Assembly: GCA_963662315.1 (NCBI GenBank)
Contig: OY759353.1
Location: forward strand, 4,645,196-4,709,195
Direction: 5' to 3'
DNA from: Geopsychrobacteraceae bacterium
Lineage (GTDB): Bacteria; Desulfobacterota; Desulfuromonadia; Desulfuromonadales; Geopsychrobacteraceae
DNA: 64,000 nucleotides
Position numbers and translations under genes: made by a program. Positions within the stretch are counted from its first letter, which is position 1. Every line of letters starts with the position of its first letter. Under the pieces are notes generated by a model that was given only the letters and a program-made list of their open reading frames with translations, searched no databases and was not told the origin of the DNA. This document shows positions 9,647-18,590 of the stretch, one piece after another.

Positions 9647-10392
9647 TCATTCTTCCTGGCCGTCGAACAGGCCACTCGCCATGATTTGTTCGGTGACCTT
9701 TCGGAAGTGGTAGCCATAGACGGCATAGGTAATAGCCAGCGGGAACAGGCGCGGTTTTATACAGAGAGACCAGAAAAACAGTTTCCAGTAATACCTCCGC
9801 CCCTTGCCGAGGATCCCCATCAGCAGAACCGATTTAAAAAACTCCCCGATATGCCCCTGCAGTAGATGGAAGCGTCCCTGCGCGCTCGGGCCGATATTCG
9901 CGAAAAAGTCGAATCACCCGCTGGTAGAACTGCCTAGGGCATAAATCGTGGCGAGAATTCTTTGATAACCGGCAATGAGGGTCTCTGGTGGCATGCGCGG
10001 GACGTAGTTGATATCAATGGCAGGGTGATTTCCCCTTCCCCCAAAACCAGGTGGTCGACGTCGGGGAAATCCTCATGGCATGACGTAAACAGCGGGCTCC
10101 CGCCGACCGTCTTCACCCCCAGGTGCAGGCACTGATCGATTACCTCTCGCGCTGATGGGCGCTGGATGCTCATTGCGCTGATGAAGACATAATCTGTCCA
10201 GTTCAAATCTGTGGCGGTAATAGAGTGCACGTTCATATCGATCAGCCGCTTATCCCACGTCCCAGGCAGCATCGGTGCCACTGTCAATATCCCCAAGGGT
10301 GGAAAGCTTGCCTTGCGGTCGATGAATTTCATGGCATAGCGAAAACTCCAGAAGGTGGCGGGATAACGAGGGTAGACAAGAAGAATTTTCAT
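9647..10392 (-). pseudogene. B12-binding radical SAM / DUF4070 protein with the core deleted
   Basis: N-terminus MKILLVYPRYPATFWSF...PPLG...GEGE joins directly to frameshifted C-terminal pieces (NYVPRM...YYWKLFFWSL...AVYGYHFRKV); no CxxxCxxC. Confidence 0.75.
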
Positions 10393-10419
10393 GGGCACTC
10401 TCCCGGCAGACGGCTGCAG

Positions 10420-10734
10420 CTATTTGACAACCAGGTCGTTTTTTATCTCAACGACCCCCTCGACACCGCGAGCGACCTCACCCGCCTTTTTGACGCTCTC
10501 CGCCGAATCGACAAAGCCACTTAACTGAACTTCCCCTTTGAAGGTTTCGACATTGATCTGCAGGCTTTTCAGGGTTGGTTCGCTAAAGATGGCTGTTTTC
10601 ACCTTGGTAGTGATGATGGAGTTGTCGAAATACTGGCCGGTGCTTTCCTGTTTGCTGGTGGACGCACACCCCGTAAAAGCGGCGAACAGGATCAAGCAGG
10701 CCAGAATGGTCATAAAACAATTCATTCTGAACAT
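10420..10734 (-). CDS. BON-domain (OsmY-like) lipoprotein
   Basis: Lipobox FTGC; DNSIITTKVK...INVETFKGEVQLSGFV. Confidence 0.9.
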   Translation of the reverse strand: MFRMNCFMTILACLILFAAFTGCASTSKQESTGQYFDNSIITTKVKTAIFSEPTLKSLQINVETFKGEVQLSGFVDSAESVKKAGEVARGVEGVVEIKNDLVVK

Positions 10735-10814
10735 AACGGTCTCCTTCTGTCTGTGTTGATAGTGATTTGGTTTCTTTCCTGTCAGGAGGCAATTCGACTC
10801 GGAATTCCCAGCCC

Positions 10815-11126
10815 CTATGCTGCTATTGGCTCCAATCCCCCTGTTGCGATAACAGTGTTGATCCTGATTTCTGGCTCGATCGAATGCAGTTTCATCACCT
10901 CGAACAGAACTTTGAAATGGCCTGACCTGAGATGGGTGGTAAGAGCTTCATTGTTTTTCCACTCCTGAGCGAAGATAACAATATCGTCAGCCTTAATATC
11001 CAGAAAGCAGTGGCAGTTTAAGCAGTCCTTCTCGTTGCGGATCGGGTTGCGTAGATCTCTGATGGCTTGCGGGATTTCATTGCGTTTATCCGCAGACACC
11101 GTCATTCTGATGGTGTCATTTACCAT
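10815..11126 (-). CDS. ABM-family (putative quinol monooxygenase) protein
   Basis: EWKNNEALTTHLRSGHF motif; paralog of 23090-23410. Confidence 0.75.
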   Translation of the reverse strand: MVNDTIRMTVSADKRNEIPQAIRDLRNPIRNEKDCLNCHCFLDIKADDIVIFAQEWKNNEALTTHLRSGHFKVLFEVMKLHSIEPEIRINTVIATGGLEPIAA

Positions 11127-11288
11127 CAGCGTTTCCCCTGGTTGTTTGAGTTCTATGCCAAGTTCATCTCCACAGATTGACGGCAGGCTATTTTTTGAAC
11201 ATGCCAGAAATGGTCAAAACCATGGCAACGTGAAGCCTTGGCCTGAATGCAAGCAGGCCCAATTTTCGATAGAGCGGGACGCTGTGAG

Positions 11289-11444
11289 CTAAATCCTGCC
11301 AAACAGCATCAGGATAAGAAAAATCAAGAGGAGCAGGCCAAACCCGCCACTTGGATAGAAACCCCATTGACGGCTGTGAGGCCAGGTCGGCAGTGCGCCC
11401 AACAACAGCAAGAGGATGACGACGATCAGTATTGTTCCCAGCAT
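11289..11444 (-). CDS. DUF3309-family small membrane protein (51 aa)
   Basis: MLGTILIVVILLLLLGALPTWPHSRQWGFYPSGGFGLLLLIFLILMLFGRI; AGGAG RBS. Confidence 0.85.
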   Translation of the reverse strand: MLGTILIVVILLLLLGALPTWPHSRQWGFYPSGGFGLLLLIFLILMLFGRI

Positions 11445-11485
11445 GGTGATACTCCTTTATTTCGTGTTTCTCCTTTACATTATTC

Positions 11486-11630
11486 GCAATTCACATGCCG
11501 TAAATGAACTGTAGTCATGAAATAGTTATCGACCTGTTTTTCATGGGAAAAGACGGGATCAAAAGGACGAGGTCATTGCAGAGCCTTCATGGCCGACCGT
11601 CACATTTAACATAACCGCCATATATGGCAG
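11486..11630 (-). promoter_or_regulatory. Sigma-54 promoter (11486-11500) with tandem activator site A (11597-11630)
   Basis: CGGCAT-GTGAA-TTGC on the minus strand; ccGTCACATTTAAC-ataacc-GCCATATATGGCag 97 bp upstream. Confidence 0.8.
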
Positions 11631-11700
11631 ATCGGAGTGATCTCCGGATAACGCAAAACCTGGTGGTCTACATCAAGGGTTTAAAAATTTCTTTTTGAGT

Positions 11701-11994
11701 TCAGGTTGCTGATAGTGGGTGCACAGTGTCCATTTCCCATAAGGCGAACCTCTCCTTGAAATACCCAGCGGGGGGAAAATACTCAAAAAAGCTGCACAGA
11801 AACAGGCCGACCAGGAAAGTTAGTAACGCTGTAGACGGGTGAACGTCAGGGTATTGTAATCCCGTAGCAACCAGTAAAATCCCAACCGGAATATCAAGAA
11901 AGAATTCACCCCAATAGTTTTCCGAAGTCTGCGACATCTTCATCATGGTTTCCAGAGCGATATCAAGCTGCCGTTTCAGCGCATATCTCAACAT
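11701..11994 (-). pseudogene. Truncated sterol desaturase / fatty acid hydroxylase copy
   Basis: KMSQTSENYWGEFFLDIPVG...SFFEYF matches the N-terminus of 24060-24656; His boxes missing. Confidence 0.8.
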
Positions 11995-12100
11995 ACCTCA
12001 ACCATCCCCCAGTACGACGTTGTCATCCCGGCAATAATACCTCTCTTCTGAGAAATACCTTCAAAACTCAACCTTGAAAACTGAAGAATCTCTCAGGCAC

Positions 12101-12233
12101 TCGTCATATTCTGCAGATATGTTAAATATGACAGATTTTCCCGGTATCTCGCACCTTATTTTTCTAAAAATTTAAATATAATCAGTAGTTTGCTTAAATT
12201 TAAGATGGTCGGAATCAGTGGCATGCATGTTGC
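12101..12233 (+). promoter_or_regulatory. Tandem activator site E (12101-12134), IHF-like site (12180-12192), sigma-54 promoter (12219-12233)
   Basis: GTCATATTCTGC-agatat-GTTAAATATGAC; AATCAGTAGTTTG; TGGCAT-GCATG-TTGC. Confidence 0.8.
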
Positions 12234-12399
12234 GATTTGACTTTGTCAGATGAACATTATTTCAATGAAGACTAGAGTTTTTCGGATGTCGGAAACAGAT
12301 AATTGCTGGGACAGTGAGCAGAGACTTCAGGGGCAGTTTTTTGACCGGTTCCTTTGACGGGAATCGCCGGCAGTGGAGAATGACCGATAGCACCCCTGT

Positions 12400-12525
12400 A
12401 ATGGGTGACGAAAAAGTTTCTGGTTATCGAGTTCTCTTTTCGGACTGTGGGGCCAGAATTTTCTCAGCAGCAGGATAAATGTTTAATGGGACGCTGAAGA
12501 GTTCCTGGAAAACAGTCGTGCTTAA
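12400..12525 (+). pseudogene. Decayed relic of the 3' end of the cfa-like methyltransferase
   Basis: ttatcg...ctgtggggc...cagaattttctcagc...gagttcctggaaaac resembles the 3' end of 25444-26616; same position between the promoter and the hypothetical gene. Confidence 0.45.
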
Positions 12526-12599
12526 TGCCATTTTCTGGGTCTGTTTTCCCCGTAGGGAGAATCGGCTCAAACCGCACCCGCAAACCATGGGAGAAACGG

Positions 12600-12989
12600 A
12601 TGACATTGGAAAATCTTGAACTTTGGCAAGGGGCATGGACCATTAAGACCCAGCACTATCATGGAAAACTCATTATCAACGATGTTCTGGATGATACCGA
12701 AGAAGGTATCCTTAGAGGCACCCTGATCCTTAAAAAAGGCGAACATGATAAGTTGTTCTATAATTTCGGAGTGTCAATTGCGCTCGATCGGGTTGACTCT
12801 GACAAAATTGTCTTTACCGGGAGAGACCAGCGGAGTCTGGATGAGAGAAGTTATTCCATTTTTGTCTTGCTGGTTCGTTACACCCAGCCAAAAGGTGTGG
12901 GAAATCGAGCGATAGGATATTTCCAGTTAGAGGACGGACCAGACCAGGCAGAAGGACATAAACAACCAATAGAAGCCACTAAGGATTGA
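12600..12989 (+). CDS. Hypothetical protein (129 aa)
   Basis: GGAG RBS; a paralog at 25035-25420 supports coding status. Confidence 0.7.
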   Translation: MTLENLELWQGAWTIKTQHYHGKLIINDVLDDTEEGILRGTLILKKGEHDKLFYNFGVSIALDRVDSDKIVFTGRDQRSLDERSYSIFVLLVRYTQPKGVGNRAIGYFQLEDGPDQAEGHKQPIEATKD

Positions 12990-13040
12990 GACTCTTTTCT
13001 TTTTGCTGCTGCGTTTGAGAGAGTGGCCTTCGGGGTTACC

Positions 13041-14471
13041 ATGAATGACAAGAAAAAAAATAAAACACCTTTCTTGAGCGAAAGGACCGAGTTTCGGTTG
13101 CGCGCAAAAGAGTGGTCCGCAGAGTTAAATCAGCCCCGGGGCGAGAATGAAATGCGAAGGCTTGTTCAGAAACTTGAGATCCACCAGGTTGAACTAACGA
13201 TGCAAAACGGTGAATTGCGCCGGGTTCAGGAAGAGCTTGAGCTATCTCGAAACACCTATACAGAACTCTACGATTTTGCGCCAATCGGTTATTTCACCCT
13301 GGACGTTCAGGGGCAGATCCAGAACGTCAATCTGGCCGGCACCCAACTGCTGGGGAAGAAACGGCAGCAGGTGCTGAATAAACCCTTAATTGGGTTTATT
13401 GTCGATACAAACGGGAAGGACCTGTTTTTAAAGCATTTCGACAACGTTTTGCAGATTGACGGCATGCAGAGATGTGATATCAGCCTTAAGGGCAAAAACG
13501 ACCGTCAGCTCAACGTTCTGCTGCAGAGTGTCAGGTTGCCGACCCGAAACGGTGAAAAAACATGCATACTAACCGCAATTGTGGATAACACAACTGCTAA
13601 GCTCGCTGAAGAGCGTTTGAAAGACGTGAGTTGGCAGCAGCAGGCGGTTCTTAATAATATACGTGATAGCGTATGGCTGAAGGACCGGAACGGCAGGTAT
13701 ACCCTCGTAAATCATTCTTTTTGTCAAACCCTTGATGTCTGTCCCGAGGATCTGATCGGAAAAACCGACTTTGATGTTTATCCGCATGGTCAGGCAGAAA
13801 GATACCAGAAGGCCTTCCTCAAAGTTCTGGCAACCGGCAGCTGCAACTTTTGCGAAGAGTCAAAGGAATGTCCATCTGGGGGGATCAACTACAAGGAAAA
13901 AGTCTTATCTCCTCTCTTCGATGACGCCGGCAGTATTATCAGTATCCTCGGCGTCGACCATGATGTTACCGATCGCAAGGAGATCGAAAATTCACTCCTC
14001 CACAAAAGCACTCACGATGGCTTGACCGGCCTCTATAACCGGGCATTTTTCGACGGAGAAATTGAACGGCTGGCTCTGGGTCGAGAGTTTCCAATTAGCA
14101 TCGTGATGGCCGATATCAATGGTTTGAAGACGGTTAACGACTCCCTCGGTCACGCAGCAGGGGACGAGCTGATTCAGTTGGTCGGCCAGATTATACATCA
14201 TTCTTTTAGAGCCGAGGACATTGTGGCGCGAATTGGGGGAGATGAATTTGCCATTCTCCTGCCGGGTGCCGACAGCGATGTTGCTGAAGAAGCTGTCGGG
14301 AGGATTTTAAGCTGTGAGAACGTCAAAAATGGACAGGTCGGTATTGCCTTTGGCATTGCAACCGCCGAGAATAAAGAGCAGCTGATTGATGCTTTAAAAC
14401 TCGGAGACGAGAAGATGTATCATATGAAACTGACACAAAAAGAATCACAGATAAAGAAAAATTCCTTCTGA
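13041..14471 (+). CDS. PAS-PAS-GGDEF diguanylate cyclase with the shared N-terminal helix
   Basis: HDGLTGLYNR; RAED I-site; RIGGDEF; two PAS domains. Confidence 0.92.
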   Translation: MNDKKKNKTPFLSERTEFRLRAKEWSAELNQPRGENEMRRLVQKLEIHQVELTMQNGELRRVQEELELSRNTYTELYDFAPIGYFTLDVQGQIQNVNLAGTQLLGKKRQQVLNKPLIGFIVDTNGKDLFLKHFDNVLQIDGMQRCDISLKGKNDRQLNVLLQSVRLPTRNGEKTCILTAIVDNTTAKLAEERLKDVSWQQQAVLNNIRDSVWLKDRNGRYTLVNHSFCQTLDVCPEDLIGKTDFDVYPHGQAERYQKAFLKVLATGSCNFCEESKECPSGGINYKEKVLSPLFDDAGSIISILGVDHDVTDRKEIENSLLHKSTHDGLTGLYNRAFFDGEIERLALGREFPISIVMADINGLKTVNDSLGHAAGDELIQLVGQIIHHSFRAEDIVARIGGDEFAILLPGADSDVAEEAVGRILSCENVKNGQVGIAFGIATAENKEQLIDALKLGDEKMYHMKLTQKESQIKKNSF

Positions 14472-14683
14472 ACATCTTCTGCTCTATTCGCTGTGAATAG
14501 CGTCCTTGATGATCTGAAAGGGCGAACGAGGTGAAAGAACTAAGATAGACGACTTCTTGCTCAGAAATCTCTACACAACGAGTTCTTTTCATGATCTTGT
14601 TTACAATGTTAAAAACGAGACCATGTTCGCCCACTGTTTCCGGATGGACATGGCCTCGTTGCATTCTTGACTGGAGCCTCGAG

Positions 14684-16267
14684 TTACTGAACTTGTCCTT
14701 TTGGTGTAATGATCAGGTCGATGCGGCGGTTTTGAGCGCGCCCCTCGGCTGTTGCGTTAGGGGAAAGCGGTCGGCTCGGACCGTAGCCCACTGCCGTTAC
14801 TTTATCCTCGCTGGTCAACGCGTTTGCAAGTAAGTATTCACGGACCGCCTCGGCTCGCCTCTGGGAGAGGTGATTGTTCAGTTCTAGGGTACCCGTCGAG
14901 TCGGTATGACCTTCAATCGTCACCCCAGGGTTATCGAAGCTGCGAATCGCAAGCTGCACCTTACTCAGGAGCGCGTAATTTTCTGGCATGATGATCGATT
15001 GCCCAACCGGGAAACTCATCCCCCGGAGACGCACCACCATTTGCTGCCCCTGTTTGTAACATTCGGCTTCATCCGTTGTGAAAAGAACCTGAACCTGGTT
15101 GTACTGTTCGTTGAATTTCCGCTCGCTGGTTAATTTATCTTCGATCGCCTGTTTCTCGAATTCCAGACGTTCCCGCTCAGCTCGTTTTACCATTTCAACC
15201 CTCTCTTTTTGCCCCACTTCTGTTGCCAATTTTGCTTGAAGGTTGGAAATTTCCGCGCTGTGCTTCTGGCGGAGGGCCGAAATTTCATTCTGCTGGGAAA
15301 TCAGCAGGCTGTCAATTTTGGTTTGCTGTTTTTTGCTTTTTTCAGATAAAAAATCGCGGTCTGTTTTCAGGGCACTGGAAGCTCCCAGAATGTTGGAAAT
15401 CTGGATCTTCGTGGGTTGGTTACGCATGTCCGGAGCCCCGAGCTTTCGCGAGGTGTTCTCAATTACTTCTTCTGTCCAAAGAGCAATCTCAATCGGCTGC
15501 ATATTGCGAAAGGTCTCGCTCTGTCGCGTCAATTGGAGGAGGCGGTTGGCCTGAAATAAGGCGGCGGTGGCCTTCAGGTGCATCTCCTCCTTGGCGTAGG
15601 GATTCGCTGAAATAAAGGCATCTACGTCCTGAAGCTCCTTCCGGGTTTGAGCAAAGATCTTGGGCGCTAACTTTTTGGCTCCTTCATCCTCTGCCTGGGT
15701 GAGAAGCTTGCGTACCTCCCCCAAAGTTGTTTCTTTGATGGCTCTGATCTCAAGCCCCCTGAAGCTATTGACAACTTTTTGCTCGTTACGTTGTGCGTAA
15801 TTCAGGTTGTTATTCTCTATTTCGCCTGTCAGATTGAGGAACTGCTCCTCTGCCTCGGTATAGTCCTGGCCAAACGCCGTGGCTCCAGCTGCGCGAGCCA
15901 GATCCCGCCCCTTGATGGCCTCAGGGATGACAGTACGGGAGATATTGGCCATTTCAAGAGCTTTTGTGATTTCTGCGCGGCCCCTGGAAATATCTGCGCC
16001 GATTGTCCCCATTTCGCCCTTTTCAGCGATAAGTTTTCTTGCCTCGCCCATGGAGGCTTCGGCTTTCATAAACCAGGTCGGGGACAGCAGGTTGACCTGC
16101 TGTTGCCGGGCGTTGGCAATTTCGGCCTGGAGTTTACCGACCTCTTCGCTAGGATTGGCGGTTACCGGAATGGGCTTAAGTTTTAACTGGGATCCTGCGC
16201 ATGCCGCTATGAAAAGCAGCCCCGCAAATATGAGAGATTTCACGAAATTGATCCAGATTCTGTGCAT
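14684..16267 (-). CDS. Large helical lipoprotein with a C-terminal OmpA-like domain
   Basis: AGGAG RBS; lipobox IAAC; IEGHTDSTG...NHLSQRRAEAV...NRRIDL. Confidence 0.88.
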   Translation of the reverse strand: MHRIWINFVKSLIFAGLLFIAACAGSQLKLKPIPVTANPSEEVGKLQAEIANARQQQVNLLSPTWFMKAEASMGEARKLIAEKGEMGTIGADISRGRAEITKALEMANISRTVIPEAIKGRDLARAAGATAFGQDYTEAEEQFLNLTGEIENNNLNYAQRNEQKVVNSFRGLEIRAIKETTLGEVRKLLTQAEDEGAKKLAPKIFAQTRKELQDVDAFISANPYAKEEMHLKATAALFQANRLLQLTRQSETFRNMQPIEIALWTEEVIENTSRKLGAPDMRNQPTKIQISNILGASSALKTDRDFLSEKSKKQQTKIDSLLISQQNEISALRQKHSAEISNLQAKLATEVGQKERVEMVKRAERERLEFEKQAIEDKLTSERKFNEQYNQVQVLFTTDEAECYKQGQQMVVRLRGMSFPVGQSIIMPENYALLSKVQLAIRSFDNPGVTIEGHTDSTGTLELNNHLSQRRAEAVREYLLANALTSEDKVTAVGYGPSRPLSPNATAEGRAQNRRIDLIITPKGQVQ

Positions 16268-16625
16268 ATATTTCTCCTTTTGCTGCAGACAAAAATGCCG
16301 CAGAGGGACGATGGTTTGCTTCTGATCCAGGTGCTGCCTCAATGATGCTGAGGCCTGTACATTTTTTTCAGGGATGATTGAAATTTAATCTGCAAAATAA
16401 GCTGCAGTGCGACCAATAACGGCCAAACCCACATCATTTCGTAAGTTGTCATAACAACGAGTGCCTTTTTAGCTCCGCTTTCCCTCTTCGAATGTCCCGG
16501 TTCGCTTGTGGATGCTTTAGAGCTTTGAAGTTTGTTTATCATTTGCCCCGTGCCTGTCGGATTTCAATTCCGGGGGGAGAGAAATTCACCGTGGATATCA
16601 GATTGGATGCCAGTGTTTTATATGA

Positions 16626-16770
16626 GCAACAAGTGTGCCTGAGCGGGCAGGTAAAGAAAATGCGTGCAATGGATTGAATTTACTAGGTAGAGGAAGCGCG
16701 AATGTGGTGCTTGCAGGAACAATCCGACGGTGGTGTCCGTCACATATAACATAACCTCCAAATATGACAG
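16626..16770 (-). promoter_or_regulatory. Sigma-54 promoter (16626-16640) with tandem activator site B (16737-16770)
   Basis: AGGCAC-ACTTG-TTGC on the minus strand; ccGTCACATATAAC-ataacc-TCCAAATATGACag 97 bp upstream. Confidence 0.78.
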
Positions 16771-16900
16771 GGCCGTGGTATCCTGAGGTGCGGCCTGGTT
16801 GATGCGAAAGAAGACATAAGCGATGGCGGGACTCTCGCCGAAACAGTGTCCCCAGAAGATTTATCCACACCGCTTGGCAGGACCGTCAATTGCCTATCTT
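16768..16900 (-). pseudogene. Collapsed relic of the sigma-54 activator gene and its upstream region
   Basis: 16768-16858 aligns with 38898-39000; 16870-16900 aligns with 39402-39432. Confidence 0.8.
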
Positions 16901-16928
16901 TCGGTCCTGTATATAATGATATCCTTTA

Positions 16929-18590
16929 TCAGCGGATCAACATATCAGCCAATACTTTGCCCAGTTCTTCCAGTCGGTAGGGCTTGCGAAGCAACGCACT
17001 AAAACCGTAATGTTGATAATCGGCCATAACCGGATCTCTGGAATAGCCGCTGGACACAATCGCTTTCACCTGCGGGTCGATCTGCTGAAGCTTGGCGATT
17101 GCCTCTCTACCGCCCATCCCTCCGGGAACGGTCAGATCCAGAATTACAGCGTCAAACTGAATTCCCTCCATTTTTCTTTGACGATAGAGCTCGATGGCCG
17201 CGCTGCCATCAGCTGTAACCTCGACCAGGTAGCCCAGTTCTTCCAGTGAAGCTTGCATAATGGTACGCACTGCTTCCTCGTCATCCATTAGCAGGATCCG
17301 CCCTTCGCCGTAGTGCAAATCATCTTCAGGCGCGGGTTCAGGGAAGGCGATAGGCTCTGTAGCGGGAAGGGTGATATGAAAGGTGGTTCCCTGGTCCAAA
17401 CTTGATTCCACTGATATACTGCCCTGGTGTCTTTTGATGATCGAGAAGCAGATGCTTAATCCGAGGCCGCTGCCTTTGAGCTTGGTGGAGAAGTAGGGAT
17501 CAAAAATCTTTGGCAGAATCTCTTTCGGCAATCCGGGACCAGAATCCGTGATGCTGATTTGCACGAAGTTTTTCTCTTGCAGGCTGGAAATAACATTTTG
17601 TGCGCTGATGACAATCTTGCCATTCTCCGCTATCGACTGGACGGCATTGAGCACCAGGTTGTGAAACACCTGATGGAGTTGCCCCTCATCAGCATGCACG
17701 GGGAAAAGATCCTTGTCCAGCACGAACTCGCACTTTACTGAGGAGCCGACCAGAGACAAATTGACCGCATCCCGGAGCAGTTGTTCGATGTGGATAATTT
17801 TCTTGATCGGTTCCCCGCCGCGCGCAAAGGTGAGCAGTTGCTGGGTCAGATCTTTGGCCCTGATGGTAGCTTTCTCTGCATTCTCAAGTCGAATAGATAG
17901 CCTTGCCGGGGCATGAATCTGCGACTTCGCCAAGGAGATGTTACCGAGAATAGCTGCCAGGATGTTGTTGAAGTCGTGCGCGAGGCCCCCCGCCAGGATA
18001 CCGATCGATTCGAGTTTCGCGTTTCTTAAGGAAGCCTGCTCGGCATGCATCCGCTCGTTGACATCGATCATGGCCATGCGGCATTCCTGGCCCGACGGTG
18101 TGGGCTGCGCTTCGATCTGGACAAAAAAGAGCGCGTTGTCTTTTGATCTGAGCGCCAGCTCGCAGGCATCTTTGTTCGGGTGCGAATAGATGTTTTCGAG
18201 AAAAGTACAAAAGTCCGCCCGGTCTTCCACCGCAACGAAATTTTTAAAATGTCGACCGATTAATCCGGCTCGCTCGACTTCGAGGAACCTGGCGCACGTC
18301 AGGTTGGCGCTGAGAATCTTACCGCTGCGGTCGAGGCCGAGATAACCGACCGGAGAGTAATCGTAGAGATTGGTATATTCTTCCAGCAGGGTTTCCAGAT
18401 CGTCTTTGATGTGCCGGAGTTCGGCGTTCTGCATTTCCAGTTCGGTCTGGTGCACCTGTAGCTCGTGAACAAGGCGCAGATGGTCATCCTCTATCTCGGG
18501 GGGAGGGGGCCGGTCATCTAACTCCCTGAGTTTTTCCTCCGCCAGACGCCGCAGTTCTTCACCTTTTGGTGGCTCTTTATTCTTGGACAT
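16929..18590 (-). CDS. Hybrid PAS-histidine kinase-receiver protein with the shared N-terminal helix
   Basis: GLAHDFNNIL H box; DSGPG; GSGLGL; receiver ILLMDDE...ILDLTVPG...KPY. Confidence 0.92.
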   Translation of the reverse strand: MSKNKEPPKGEELRRLAEEKLRELDDRPPPPEIEDDHLRLVHELQVHQTELEMQNAELRHIKDDLETLLEEYTNLYDYSPVGYLGLDRSGKILSANLTCARFLEVERAGLIGRHFKNFVAVEDRADFCTFLENIYSHPNKDACELALRSKDNALFFVQIEAQPTPSGQECRMAMIDVNERMHAEQASLRNAKLESIGILAGGLAHDFNNILAAILGNISLAKSQIHAPARLSIRLENAEKATIRAKDLTQQLLTFARGGEPIKKIIHIEQLLRDAVNLSLVGSSVKCEFVLDKDLFPVHADEGQLHQVFHNLVLNAVQSIAENGKIVISAQNVISSLQEKNFVQISITDSGPGLPKEILPKIFDPYFSTKLKGSGLGLSICFSIIKRHQGSISVESSLDQGTTFHITLPATEPIAFPEPAPEDDLHYGEGRILLMDDEEAVRTIMQASLEELGYLVEVTADGSAAIELYRQRKMEGIQFDAVILDLTVPGGMGGREAIAKLQQIDPQVKAIVSSGYSRDPVMADYQHYGFSALLRKPYRLEELGKVLADMLIR

